Of a stretch of DNA of 64,000 nucleotides, positions 37,723 through 51,040 are shown piece by piece. Positions within the stretch are counted from its first letter, which is position 1, and each line of letters begins with the position of its first letter. The DNA comes from Chiloscyllium plagiosum. Lineage: Eukaryota. The stretch covers positions 8,685,611 to 8,749,610 of the forward strand of contig NC_057751.1 of NCBI RefSeq assembly GCF_004010195.1. The letters are read 5' to 3'. The notes beneath the pieces were generated by a model. That model was given only the letters and a program-made list of their open reading frames with translations, was not told the DNA's origin and did no database searches. Made by a program: the position numbers and the translations under genes.

Positions 37723-38299
37723 CTGCCAAGAGGGAAATATTATGGATGAGGTAGGGGGAAAAACTTCAAAGAATTGAGTGCTACCCACCTCTAACTAAAT
37801 ACCAGTTTAAAAAAAACTTCAATAAACAAGCAACACATCATTTCATTCAGTGCTTCTATTCACTCCATTGTACAAGCTGTCAATATTGCAAACCTCAATT
37901 CTCTCAGGTTCCAAAATAAAAACTCCTGCATGGTTCTATTTTAGACCAGTTTAAGTTAGTAATAGTTTCTACCTTGTTGCAACTCAGGATTCATTCTGTT
38001 GTGCAACATGTTTGATCATTATGGCAAGTATTTGAAGAGCTGGAGAGCGGTTTCTTGGAGAATGGGAAGTTGAGGGCTATCAGGAGTGGAGGCTGGAGAC
38101 AGATCAGCCATGATCTTAGACAATGGCAGGGCAGGCATGAGGGGCCAAAACGCTTACTCTGATCAGAATACTGATGTCGTCATTGTTAACACTACATTTG
38201 AATGCCTTCTAAACCAGGCTTATTTTTCTCCCCTGACTGGGGAGTCATGAACTAGAAGACACTGATTTCAGACAAAATTCAAAAGAAATTTACTTGCTG

Positions 38300-38512
38300 A
38301 AAAGTTTGAGGACAGCTGGAACTGACAACCGGAAGCTGCAGATTCAAACCACTACAAATGCCGGAGGAAAGATCACAGAAGCGCTTCACACGAGGGTCCC
38401 AAGCACTGAGGATGTCACCAAGACAGGGGACGAAACGCTTGCAACACAAATTCCCAGCTCGGCAAACAGAACCACAACAACAAGCACCCGAGCTACAAAT
38501 CTTCTCACAAAC
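38300..38512 (+). mobile_element. Penelope-like element (second family), 3' terminal repeat
   Basis: Similar to the reverse complement of 50596-50770; contains the hammerhead-like GCACTGAGGATGTCACC...GGGGACGAAACG. Confidence 0.7.
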
Positions 38513-39344
38513 TTGGAGTTTGAGGATTCTCGGAATCTACTATGTTTCTTGACCTAATTTAAAACCAGAAAAGCCTGATTTTGAATACACAGAGAATTAT
38601 GGACATGGGGTGAGGGCAATGTAGTCAAGTCTAAGTAGATCATTCATATTTTTTGTTGAATGGTGGAGCAATTACATGTCAGACTGACTTCCTCTGACAA
38701 GGACTCCTTACACGACATAAATGAACTCTCTTTTCTGTAATGAGGATAGATTTAGTGGATGGCTGTGCATGACATGAATTTGCGGGATTAAGTTCAATCT
38801 TGAAATCCTTCTTAAAGCAAGATCATTACACGTGTTACCCAATGTTTAACTTCAATAACTTAATTATACTTATTCATCAAGCATTACATGTTTAATTCCT
38901 ACGGTCTTAACCACAAGCACTTGAAGAGAAATCAGTGTTGTCTTCCACCCAGAAAAAACACAATTCACAGTAGCAGTCAACAGACAGTAATTTTACCTGG
39001 TCATTCATGGTCTGTGGGCAGCACTAGCTGGACCAGTATTTCCCACCTACTCTGTGTTGCCTTTGAGATGGTGATGGTGAGCTGCCTTCTTGAATTGTTA
39101 CAGGTAATTTGTTATAGGATCATTCCACAAGATCATTTGTACAGGCACCACAGTGCCATTGGGGAGCTCCAGAATTTTGACCAAGTGATATTAAAAGAAC
39201 AATACATTTCCAAATCTGAAAAATAAGTGACTTGAAGAAAATGTTCCCATCTTTACACTGCTGCAACTCAGCATCTGTGGTTTGTGCATCTGGTGTTTGC
39301 CAAGTGGGCTATTTCACTCTGGATGGTGTCAAACCTAAAACCAT

Positions 39345-41005
39345 AAGCAAACAGGAACAGGCTGTTTAGCTTAAGCCTGCTCTGTCATTCAATCGGATAG
39401 AATCACAGCTGATCCTATGACCCTTTCCCCATGACTTAATTCCCCAACCGATCAAGAATCACTCAGCCTTAAAGCAGACAAGTTCTCTGCTTCCACAGCT
39501 CTCTGTGGCAAGGAAGTCCAAAGTCACCCAACTTTCAGAGAGGAAACCCCTGCTCACATCAGCCTTTATTGGGCAACCATTCCCCAAGCCTCTTAAGAAT
39601 ATTAAATGCAATCAACTTTCATTCGGCAAAACCGCAGTCAAGAGAGTCCCAACCTGCATAGTTTTTGCTCATAATTCCTCTATTCCAGGAACAACTGAGT
39701 GCCTCGAACAAAGTAATATCTTTCCTTCAAGAAAGGGATCAAAACAGCACACACGAATCTTGATGTGGTCTCACCAGCACCTTGTCCATTTGCATTAAGG
39801 CTTACCCACTCAAACTCCAGCCCCTTGAAGGGCCAACATTCCATTCGCCTTCCTGATTGTCTAAGCCTGTGTGCAAGCTTTACATTTCAAGTCCTTTTGC
39901 ATTGCAGCTTTCTGTGGTTCTTCTCAATTTGAATAACATTCTGTTCTGGTGTTCTCCCTTCCAAAATGAACTTCACAGTGATTTGCTTGCTCCTTGTCAT
40001 TTTAAAATATGCTAAGTAGTTGCAGTCCCAGCACTGATCCCTGAGTAACCCTGCTGGCGACAGATTGCTAACCTGAAAAAGAACCACTCGTCTCTACTGC
40101 TGGTTCATGCCCATGAGCCAATTCTCTATCCACAGCAACATATGACATTCAACGGCATTGCCTGTTATCATCAGACTTAACCTTTTGTGGAGGTTTACAG
40201 ACCCTTCAACCTAATTTGTTCATGCTGACCAGGTTTTCCAAACTGAACTGGTCTCATTTAGAATCAAAGACATGTACAGCACAGAAAGAGACGTTTCGGT
40301 CCAACTAATCCATGCCAATCACATATCCTAAATTAATTTTGTCCCATTTTCCAGCACTTGGTCCATATTCCTCTAAACCCTTCCTATTCATATACCCATC
40401 CAGAACGCTGTATTTGTACCAGCCTCCACCACTTCCTCTGGCAGCTCATTCCATATATGCACCACCATCTGCATGAAAAGGTCACCCCTTAGGTCCCTTT
40501 GAAATCGTTCCCCTCTTACCTTAAACCTACGCCCTCCAGTTCTGGACTCTCCCACCCCAGAGAAAAGACCTTGTCTATTTACAGTCCCTCATGATTTTAT
40601 AAACCTCTATAACTTCACCTCTCAACCTCTGATGTTCCAGGGAAAAAGCCCTTCATTTGGCCAATATCCTTCTCCATCTTTGCTATCATGACCCGGTACA
40701 AATGTCTTTTAAGTGTTCTAAGTGTACTTGCCTCTACCATTCCTCTAGTAAATCGTTTTATATATGCACCACACACAAAGTGTGAAAAAAATTGTCCCAT
40801 AAGTCCCTTCCAAATCTTTCCCTCTCGCCTTAAATCTATGCCCTCCAAGCCCTGGAAAAGCCTTGGCTATTCACCTAATCTATGTCGTTCTTGATTTTAT
40901 AAATCTCGATAAAGGACACCCCTCAGCCTCCTACAATGCAGGAGAACCAGTCCCAGTTTATCCAGCCTCTGCTTCTAATTCAAACCTTCTAATCTCAGTA
41001 ATATC
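39345..41005 (-). mobile_element. Cluster of nested CR1-type LINE fragments
   Basis: Several repeated CR1 3' regions (CCTCTAAACCCTTCCTATTCATATACCCATCC; TCATGATTTTATAAACCTCTAT) plus an older RT-region fragment. Confidence 0.7.
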
Positions 41006-41578
41006 CTTGTTCCTTTTGTCGCATACTTTAACAAATGCCTTCTCTAAATCTAAATACAACCAATGTACAGTTTCGCCTTAAGAATGCTGGTTGAAACTCT
41101 TGGAAAACTCGAATACATTCAGCAATGGTGATGCCACATCCCTCACTCAAAACACTACTTTATGTGCAAGCAGCTAACTCCATAAACCTTGGCTGAGGTC
41201 ACTGCCAGGACAAACAGGGGTTTTATAAGTGCAATACCTTTGAGAACTCATCTGAATTAACATGATATTTTAATTACTAAAAGATCATAAGAACTATCTT
41301 TGTTTAAAATGTCAAAATTTTGATGGTCAAGCTATTTGGTCATAAACTGTTATACATATGGTACAAGGTCCCAATATAGAACTCCATTTGTAGAGAGTCA
41401 TTAACTAATGGCTGAATTCAGAATACAAATGGAAAAATAACAGCACACCACATATCTGAGCAAGGACTGTGCACCATCTGTTCCATTCTGTCATACCAAA
41501 CTGCTAGACTATCATGTGGCACCATGAGTTTAAGCAAACATGCCATCCTAAATGGAGGCTAAATTGTAATCCTCTTAC

Positions 41579-41647
41579 CTCCTCTGGCCTACTCAGAACA
41601 TGGCCTTCAGGTCCAGTGATACCCAGTCCAAGAATCCTCTGTTGTTC
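41579..41647 (-). CDS. DPYSL2: DPYSL2 coding exon 7
   Basis: cag|GAA...GAG|gtaaga; [23 protein letters not shown]; 69 nt. Confidence 0.97.
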
Positions 41648-42504
41648 CTGTAATGCAGTGTGATAGTTAGGGTACAGAACCACCAAGAAACAACCCTAAG
41701 AGGATAATGAACAGAAAGAAAATGATCCACTTCTCATTTCAGAACAGTAAGGAGGAGCCAAGTCAAATGTAAGGGGCCAAACCTGCACAGAAAGCTTAAG
41801 CAGTAAGCAAACCAACATTTCAAGGTCTCTCAGTTAGATAATGGTAAAATATTATTGTAATCTGAAACTGATGGCAATTGGTGTTCTGTATATTCCTGTC
41901 AAGCACAGCAATGATGGGTGATCTGGACCTGATGCCACTACGACTCAGGCAGCAAAATGTTCCATGACTTCAAAATCATTGACAGGAGAATGTTAGAACA
42001 TGGTGACTTCAAATCATCACATGAGGATGAACCAAATTATGGATGGGGGTTTTAGCAATAGGTAAGACGAGCTTGGAGCGGAGTCAACTCACGCTACAGA
42101 GATGAACAGCCTTCACAAGAGCATGTAATCATCTGAAGCTCATCTCAGAATTAATAGTGACATGGAGAAACTGAGTATTGTGCAGTCTTGGGAAATTCCA
42201 GGAACAGGACTGGAATCAAAGGCTAAGGAGCAGAGCTTGTCGACTATGAAGGCAAGCATTGTTGGATTAAGCACAAGAAACCTCAGCCAGTTTATATGTT
42301 CAGAAAAATGTCATGTCGATGTTCACTATTCTAACGATGCTGCATTCTTCCAAGTAAGGGAGCCTCCTTCTTGACATCAAATGACTTCAATTACTTACAA
42401 ACTTCATTTGTTGTTTTGGTTGAAATATTATGAGCATCAGCAGTTTCAATATTTTGGATACTTTGGCTTGGCAGTCAGACATTTCAGCTTGGAGAAGTGG
42501 GGGC

Positions 42505-42620
42505 TGGAGATGCTGGAGATCAGAGTTGACAGTGTGGTCCTGGAAAAGCATAGGTCAGGGAGCAGTTGAGCTCCTCAATTGCTGCCTGACCTGCTGTGCT
42601 TTTCCAGCACCACAGTCTTG
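42505..42620. repeat. Head-to-head Penelope terminal fragments forming a hairpin of about 40 bp
   Basis: 42533-42570 pairs with 42574-42614 around a 3-nt loop. Confidence 0.75.
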
Positions 42621-43297
42621 AGTCAGACATTTCGGTCAGAACTTAAGTTGGTGTCTTTGAATTTTGTTTGTTTTGTTGAGCACAAATGCAGTTTTCTTTT
42701 ACCAAAGGCTAGTTAGCTCACGTGGAAACAATTCAAGCTCGTCCTACTTCAGTCAAGTCTTCAAAATGTACATGCAAACATACTTTTAAAAATGACACCA
42801 CAAACTGTAGAGTTGGTTTTCAGATATTTCAATTGATCTGGAGCCACAAAAACTGTTCTGAATAAAAGCACCAAAAAGCATTGTTTGTTATTCATGACAT
42901 GAAACTTAGTCACTGGTGTCAAGTCATGGGATCACTTCCTGCTGTGCAATTCAAGCTAGTTCTGAAAGCAGAGGCAAAGTTGATGTTGCAGTGAATGGCA
43001 CACCAGGCTCAATGGGCTCAGGGCCTTCCTTACACCTGCTCTCATGTTCCTATCAATCAGATCATGGGAAACCAAAACTCTGATTCACTGGAAGTCACAT
43101 TTTAACAGAAAATCAACTTAAATTCACATCATCCTGGTTGTATTTCAATGTAAATTCAAAATCTCAAACACAGACTGCTTAACTCAGCATGCTGCAAAAA
43201 GGTGAACCCCCTGAAAGTAATGGACCCATTTTGTTATTTCTACCTCAATTCAGTTTCAGAATGTTTTTGACTTGTGGTAGCCCTGCACCTGCATTAC

Positions 43298-43378
43298 CTC
43301 AGCAATAATGTCACCATTCTCAGCATGAACTTGAGCAACGGCACCCATATCACGAATTGCACTTAGGGCCTCATACAT
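43298..43378 (-). CDS. DPYSL2: DPYSL2 coding exon 6
   Basis: cag|ATG...GAG|gtaatg; [27 protein letters not shown]; 81 nt. Confidence 0.97.
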
Positions 43379-43475
43379 CTGTGGGTAAATCAAAGACCAA
43401 CAAGGAAAATTAGTTATAAACCAAACAAGAAAGTACATTGTTCCATCCAGTACGGTCATATTATTATCGCCTTAC

Positions 43476-43537
43476 CTGGGCATCAGAGAGTTGGTAACGG
43501 TCTTTGTAAGCCATGTACAGAAGGAATGAATTTACAC
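43476..43537 (-). CDS. DPYSL2: DPYSL2 coding exon 5
   Basis: cag|GT...CAG|gtaagg; (G)VNSFLLYMAYKDRYQLSDAQ; 62 nt. Leu replaces the carbamylated Lys of dihydropyrimidinase (GVNSFK). Confidence 0.97.
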
Positions 43538-43667
43538 CTGATGGATAAAATTGGAAATGTTTAGCAGTGTTTTGCTCAGCTTTTTGGATAATGCATGTTT
43601 ATTATGCAATGAAAAATGATTTCTGGGCCACTATATGATAAAAACCATTTTAATGGAGACCCTTCAG

Positions 43668-44016
43668 ATGCAGGTGGCTCCATGTGTTTTGCACTGCTGC
43701 CTCACAGCACCAGGATCTGGGCTCAATTTCAGCCCTGGATGACTGTCTGTGTGGAAACTGCATGTTCTCCCCATATCTGTCTGGGTTTCCACCAAGTGAT
43801 CTGGTTTCATCGCACAGTCCAAAGATGTGTAAATTTGGCCATGCAGAAATGGCTCACAGTGGTCAGGGATATGTTGCTTAAGTGACAAAGCCAGGATAAA
43901 TGTGGGGTTATATGTGTGCAGTCACGAGCTGGGTCTAGATGGGATGTCCTTCAGAGGGTCAGTGGGGACTCTGGGCCAAATGGCCTCTTACTGCACTGTA
44001 GGGATTCTAGGATTCA
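43668..44016 (+). mobile_element. Degenerate HE1/V-SINE-type SINE
   Basis: GCACTGCTGCCTCACAGCACCAGGA head, central domain and CACTGTAGGGATTCTAGGATTC tail. Confidence 0.75.
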
Positions 44017-44287
44017 ATACAGACTGAGATGGCCGAAGAGACAGACTCAAATGCTTGACCATTTTTCAAAATTAATGTGGAATAATCCAAGGCCTAGTCC
44101 CAAGCACAAAGCTGAATGAAACATAGACAATTAAACTTTTCAATTGGTAACAATCAATCACAGATTGCAGCACCAAACACAGCAGTATATACGTCCACTG
44201 AGTCATTAAAGGAGCTCAAGAACTATTTTGTAAAAATCATTGATCCAGATTTAACACATTTGCAACTATTTCATAATATGACCTTAC

Positions 44288-44452
44288 CGTGCTCCTTCAC
44301 CAAGAAATCCATCTCTTCTTGAAGGCCTTTATACCATTCTGTGACATCAACATGCAATGAGTAGTCACAGCAGGACTTGTTGTCTGCCCATTCTCTCCAC
44401 TGTTCGAAAGCAGTGATCAAACTGATTCCAGGCTCTGCCAACACATGGTCAA
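44288..44452 (-). CDS. DPYSL2: DPYSL2 coding exon 4
   Basis: cag|TT...CACG|gtaagg; (F)[54 protein letters not shown]; 165 nt; inside ORF 44271..44534. Confidence 0.97.
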
Positions 44453-45634
44453 CTGAAATGAACAACAAAGTTACAAAATTGCCTGGAAGGGAAATATGAT
44501 TTTCCATATTCCTTTCAAAATTGCAAATCTGCATTCTGGATGCACAGACTCACTTGATGGAAACATAACAACAGGTGCAGCAGTTAACAACTGTCCAAAT
44601 GAAAGGAACAGCTTTGTAGTTTTGAAGATAGTCACAAGTTTGGAAGAGAAATTGGTTCCAATGTTGTGTTCTTCATTCATAAGAAGGACTCCCAAACTGA
44701 TACAGGACCATATATTTTTCCAACTACTCCAGTAAGAAAGACTGAAATCATGAACTTGGCGTGTATCTGGTCAGATTATGCTGAATGGTACGACCACCAG
44801 TTGGATTTACAAACTAATCACTGGTTTGAGACGTTAAGTTTCAATTTTGCCACATCTTACATTGAAGTGAATTAACTTCCATGCCCTTTCCACACGCTCT
44901 AATAACGACATTAGAACTTCTTCTGAGGAACTGTGTCATGTTTCTTCAACTCGTTAAGCTGTTAACCTTGGATGGCAAAATTAATTTCGTCCAGAAAGGT
45001 TGGAAATCATTTTCTTGCATTATCAGATTCTTGCCCCCACCCCACCTGGTGCGGACTACTGCATGTTATTTACTCATTTGCATTACATGTGAAACGGTCC
45101 TGGATGATGGACCCTTGTCACACTGGACAGCACCAGTGAGGTGAGAAAACAGTTAACAGGATCAGGTAACAGAGGAACTTAAGAATAGTGACTGGGAGAT
45201 GTAGACAGTTGAGCAAAGCAGCAGTTAAACTGCACATATCAGACAGGTCCACAACTCAACTGCCAGAGTGTGCCACATAACTTGCCTGTTTATATGTCAC
45301 TCGAGGTTCTTTCATTAGACTCTGCTGTGAGGTTAACAAAAAAAAATTAGACTATCTTGATTATGAGCCAGCAGCTCCTGTGAAGAACACATGGCAACTA
45401 TCACATAGCTTGCTGGTTCTCACCGCCTATCCAAATTAAGAAAATGCCAGAATGGTGGCCATTAAGTGAAAACAGCATTCCAGAATATTTCATTGAGTAA
45501 GTTGCAGGGATGGGGAAGAGAAAGAAAAATCCTTAAGAAAATGCAATCAGTTGATTTGAGTCAAATTGTTGAAAACATTTGGAATTTCCAAATGAAAAAG
45601 ATCAGTTTGGTAAACATACGTAATATTGTGCATA

Positions 45635-46025
45635 AGTCACAGTCATACAAGCGGACAGCACAGAAACAGACTCCTCAGTAGACCTTATCCATGCCGACCA
45701 TCTAATCTAGGTCCATTTGCTAGCACCTGGCCCATATCCCTCTAAACCCTTCCTATTCATACATCTATCCGGATACCTTTTAAATCCATCACCTCCTCCG
45801 GCAACACATTCCATAGCCGCACCACCCTCTGCATGCAAAAGTTGCCCCTTAGGTCACTTATAAACTTTTCTCCCCTCACCCTAAACCTATGTTTCCAGTT
45901 CTGGACCCCCTAACCACAAGAACTAGTCTATTTACCCCGAGCATGCCCCTCATGATTTCATAAATCTGGAGAAGGCCACCACTCAGCCTCCAATGCTCCA
46001 GGGAAATCAGCCTCAGCCTATTCTG
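45635..46025 (-). mobile_element. CR1 (HER1-like) 3' fragment
   Basis: Similar to 40260-40650. Confidence 0.75.
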
Positions 46026-46479
46026 AAGGGGTGAGCACAGGTAGGGACAAACACTCAGTGCATTCTGTTAATGCTGTAAACTGGCCACCATAAGTACGCA
46101 AAAGCAAATCACAGAGTTTTTACTTCTTCCTGTTGGGGCATGCAGTAAAGGCTGAATATGATGTGACTGCTAAGCTGGCAAACCTGAAGTAGAGTAATTA
46201 TTGCTAAACTTCAATGGCTCAGACCAATGGAGAATGCAGTGTCCTTCTCCAGAGCTTTTTAGCATTAGACTGGATTCAGTACTACAATCTCACACAATAC
46301 TTGCAGAATGAAGCAACAAAAGAACCTCAATACCACATTAGTCCCCGGTATCAGTACTGGCACTAAAGGAAAAACAATAGTTTAGAAAGAATTAACTGTC
46401 CAAAAATGCACCTTTTTTAACAATAATTTTCGTGCATACCAAAAGATTTTTGAAGTAAATGACAGAAAAGGCTACATGA

Positions 46480-49400
46480 ACTGGCTGAGAGTGAGGCAGG
46501 TCGAAGAATCCAAGAGATGGGGTTGCAGCAGCCTCAGCTCCGATCCTTACCCAACAGGTTCAAGACCTTTGTTCCGTGTGTGGATGCAAATGGAGACTGC
46601 AGGGAGGATAAGCCAACTGACCACCGACGGTGAAGGGAGCCATTCAAGTGTGGGGAGAGAAATATTGCTGTAATTGGAGATAGTATAGTTCGAGGTATGA
46701 ACACTGTTCTGTGACCAGGATCAAGAGTTTTTAAGGTTGCGTTGCCTGCCTGGTGCTCAGGTTTGGGATATCTCATCTGGGCTGCAGAGGAATTTGGAGT
46801 GGGACAGGAAAGATCTAGTGGTTATGATCCATGTAGGTACCAATAACATAGATAAAACCAGGGCTGAGGTTATGCTCAGGGAGGAGGAACAACTTGGAGA
46901 TAAATGAACAAGCAGAACCAACAAGATACTCTCTGCAGTACCACCTGAGCTAATTGGCACAGGGTCAATTAGATTAATCAGGTCCAAGCATGGCTCAAAG
47001 ACTGGTGTGGGAGAAATGGGTGTGAATTAATGGGACATTGGCACACGCACAAGGCAAGAAGGGACCTGTTCAAATGGGATGGTCTTCGTTTGAACCCTGC
47101 TGGGACCAAAGTCCTCACAAATCACATAACTAGGTCTGTAGACAGGGTTTCAAATGAAATTGTGTGAGTGAGAGAGGGAGTGAGAGAGGGAGTGAGAGAG
47201 GGAGTGAGAGAGGGAGTGAGAGAGGGAGTGAGAGAGGGAGTGAGAGAGGGAAGAGAGTGAGAGAGAGAGTGAGAGAGAGAGTGAGAGAGAGAGTGAGAGA
47301 GAGAGTGAGAGAGAGAGTGAGAGAGAGAGTGAGAGAGAGAGTGAGAGAGAGAGTGAGAGAGAGAGTGAGAGAGAGAGTGAGAGAGAGAGTGAGAGAGAGA
47401 GTGAGAGAGAGAGTGAGAGAGAGAGTGAGAGAGAGAGTGAGAGAGAGAGTGAGAGAGAGAGTGAGAGAGAGAGTGAGAGAGAGAGTGAGAGAGAGAGTGA
47501 GAGAGAGAGTGAGAGAGAGAGTGAGAGAGAGAGTGAGAGAGTGAGTGAGAGTGAGTGCGTGCGAGAGTGAGAGCGCTATCAGGAAAATTAGAAACGAGAA
47601 ATTCAGACTGCAGAATTCAGAAGAGGTTATTAAAATCTCCAGCACAGACACAAATAGGACAGAGTGTATGGAAAGGGTTAGCAATCAAACTTCAGTCACA
47701 CTGAAGAACTAAAGACAATGAGAAGAGAGATGGCTAATACAGGACTGAAGATGTTACTTCTGAATGCACATAGTATCGGAATAAGGCAAATAAGCTTGTG
47801 GATCAAAACTGGAAGGTATGACCTGGTGGACATCATGGTTGCAAGGGGATCAGGTTTGGGAGCTGAATATTCCAAGATAAACATCCTATTGAAGAGATAG
47901 GCAAGTGGGTAGAGGAGGGTAGAACTGCCCTATTAATAAGACATGAACTTAAATCAATAGTTAGAAACGAAGTCGGGTGAGATGGTGCAGAATGTGTGGG
48001 GAGACATAAAAGGTGACAAAACCATAGTTGGAGTTCTGTACAGGCCTCCAAATAGTAGTCAGGAGCTGGGGCGCAAGATACACTACAACATAGTAAAGAT
48101 GTGTGGTAAAGGCAAAGTTACAGTGATCATGGGAGATTACAATATGCAAATAGACTGGGAAAATCAGGTTGGGAGTGGATTGCAAGAAAAGGAATTTGGG
48201 CAATGTCTACGAGATGTCTTTTTGGAGCAACTTGTGGTGGAGCCCTTGCGGAACAGGCAATGCTGGATTTAGAGTTGTGCAATGAGGCAGACTTGCTAAG
48301 GGAGCTTAAGGTGAAGGAATCGTTAGGAGGCAGTGATCATAACATGATAAAAATTACTCTGCAATTTGAGAGGAGAAGATAGAATCAGAAGTAATGGTAC
48401 TACAGCTGAATAAAAGCATGAACCATGAAGGAGGAGCCGGGTAGAACTGGCTGGGAGAGGAGCCTAGCTACAAAGACAGTGGAACAGCAATGGCAGCAAT
48501 TTCTGGGAATAATTCAGGAGGCAGCAGAGATTCATCCTGAGGAAGATGCAGCATGGTACAGGGACAACCATGGCAAAACAGAAATCATATAATGTGACGA
48601 AGAGCAGTGGGAAACCAGAAGATTTGGAAGCTTACAAAGACCACTGACCGAAACAAAAATAAGGAGGAAGATTACATAGGAGGGTAAGCTAGCCAATAAC
48701 AAAGGAAGACTGGAAGGAGTTTCTTTCGATATATAAAGGGCAAAATAGAGAGACAGATAGACGTTGAGCCACTGGGGAGATAGTAGTGGGGAACAAAGCT
48801 GAGGATTTGAATAATTACTTTGCATCAGTCTTCACAGTGGAAGACGCGAGTAATACCCCAAAAATTCCAGAAAGTGAGGGGGCAGAGCTGAATATGGTGG
48901 TCATCAGAAAAGAGAAGCTGCCAGAAAAGTTGAATGGCCTCAAGGTGGTTAATCACCTGGACCAAATTGACCACACCCCAGAGTTCTAAGGGAGATAGCA
49001 GAGGCATTACTGCTGATCTTTCAGGAATCGTGAGAATCCGGGACGGTCCCAGAGGACTGGACAATCACTCACAAGACACCTCTTTTTAAAATGGACTAAG
49101 GCAAAAGACCGAAAACCACAGACCTATTATAGCCTGACCTCAGTCGTGGGTAAAATCCTGGAATCCATTGTGAAGAATGAGATTTCTGAACACTTGGAAG
49201 TATATGGTAAAAATAGGGCAAAGTCAGCATGGTTTCATCAAGGGGAGGTCATGCCTGAGAAATCTGGCAGAATTCTTTGAGGAAGTCACCAGCAGGTTAG
49301 ACCAAGGAGAGCCAATGGAGGTTATCTACATGGACTTCAAGAAGCCTTTTGACAAGGTGTCACACAGGAGACTCCTGAGTAATGTGAGGTTCCACTGTGT

Positions 49401-50510
49401 CAGAGGCAAGGTGCTCGAATGGACTCAAGCTTGGCTGTCAGGCATCAAGCAGAGTGGGGGGTGAAATGGTCCTTCTCAGGATGGCAGCCGGTGGCAAGTG
49501 ATGTTCCGCAAGGCTCAGTGTTGGTACCATAACTTTTCAGTTGAAACATTAACAATCAAGATTAAGGAACTGAGGGCATTCTGGCTAAGTTTGCAGATGA
49601 TACAAAGACAGGTAGAAATACATGGAGCATTGAAGAGGCGGAGAGGCTGCAGAAGGATTTGGATATGTTCAGACAGTGGGCAAAGATGTGACAGATGGAG
49701 TACAACATGGCCAAGTGCAAGGTCATGTACTTTAGTAAGAACAACAGAAGCATGAACTATTTTCTAAACGAGGAGACAATTCAGAAGTCGGAAGTGCAAA
49801 GAGACTTGGGATTTCTAGTCTAGGATTCTCTCAAAGTAAACTTGCAGGTTGAGTCAGTAGTTCAGAAGGCAATGGCGGCATTTATATTGAGAGGACTTGA
49901 ATATAAAATCAGAGATGTACTTCTGAGGCACTAAAAGGCTCTGGTCAGAGCAAATTTGGAGAATTGTGCAGTTTTGGGCCCAATACCCCAAGAAAGATGC
50001 ATGGTTCTGGAGTGCGTTCATAGAAGGTTCACGAGAATGGACCCTGGAATGAGAAACCGAACTTATGAGGCATGTTTGAGGTCTCTGGGTCGATATTCAA
50101 TAGAGTTTAGAAGGATGAAGAGGGATCTAACAGAAACATGAACACACTGAATGGCATCGATAGAGTGGATGTTGGGAAGATGTTTCCATTGATAGGAGAG
50201 ACTAGGACCTGAGGGCACAGCCTTCGAGTGAAGGGAAAACCTTTTTGAATTGACATAAGGAGAAACTGCTTCAGCAAAAGAGTGATACATCAATGGAATT
50301 AATTGCCACAGAAGGCTGTGGATGCCAGGTGATTGAGTATACTTAAGACTGAGACAGATGATCCCCTTGATCCTCAAGAACCTAAGAGTAAAAGGGAAAA
50401 AGCAGAAGAATGGGGTTGAGAAACTTATCAGCCATCATTGAATGGTAGAGCAGACTCGATGGCTGAATGGCCTAATTTCTGCTCCTTTGTCACATGGCTT
50501 TGTGGTCTCA
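46480..50510 (+). mobile_element. Near full-length decayed CR1 LINE (ORF1 esterase plus ORF2 endonuclease/RT), antisense to DPYSL2 intron 3
   Basis: ORF1 motifs IAVIGDSIVRG, CLPGAQV, IHVGTNN and DGLRLN; ORF2 endonuclease GVLYRPPN, IMGDYN and SDHN; RT QHGFIKGRSCL, YMDFKKPFDKV and KFADDTK; many stops and frameshifts. Confidence 0.92.
47167..47572 (+). repeat. GA-rich 12-nt minisatellite: 7 x AGTGAGAGAGGG then about 24 x AGTGAGAGAGAG
   Basis: Read directly; ORF 47164..47544 gives (SERG)7 K (RVRE)24. Confidence 0.97.
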
Positions 50511-50589
50511 TTAAGGCAGCCTCACAATCCAAATTTATAAAAATTGATATGGTAACTAATTCAAGGTGTGCATAAACATTTGTAGCTCT

Positions 50590-51040
50590 TATGCCGGTTG
50601 CCGTGGGTGTGGGTATGTTGCCGAGCTGGGAAGTTGACCTGCAGCTGTTTTGTCTCCAGTCTCGGTGACATCTTCAGTGCTTTGGAGCCTCCTGTTAAGT
50701 GCTGCTGTACTGTCTCTTCTGGAATGTATTTGGTTCCATTCCTGTTGCCAGTTCTGATTGTTTGTTGTAGTGGCTGGTACATTGGATCCAGGTCAATGTG
50801 TTTGTTGGACGAGTGCAGTGCCTCCAGAAATTCTCTGGTTGTCCTCTGTTTAGCTTGCCCAGTGCACTTTTTGTTGTAATCAAACTTATGGACCTTGTCT
50901 TCGGTATGCATGGCTACTAGGGACAGCTGTTTGTGGTGTTTCGGGACTAGTTGGTGCTCGTGGATATGGATTGCTAGACAGGGACCAAAACATCTGCAAA
51001 TCAACTTTCCAGCTCGGCGAACATACCCACAACCACGGCT
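50590..51040 (-). mobile_element. Penelope-like element (second family), GIY-YIG C-terminal fragment with inverted terminal copy
   Basis: ORF 50561..51004 reads LAIHIHEHQL..SLVAMHT..HKFD..REFLEALHS; about 50600-50660 is inverted at about 50978-51038. Confidence 0.75.

Noticed and set aside
47130..47684. 184-aa and 126-aa ORFs with (LTLS)n and (RVRE)n repeats
   Set aside because: They are translations of the 12-nt minisatellite, not genes.
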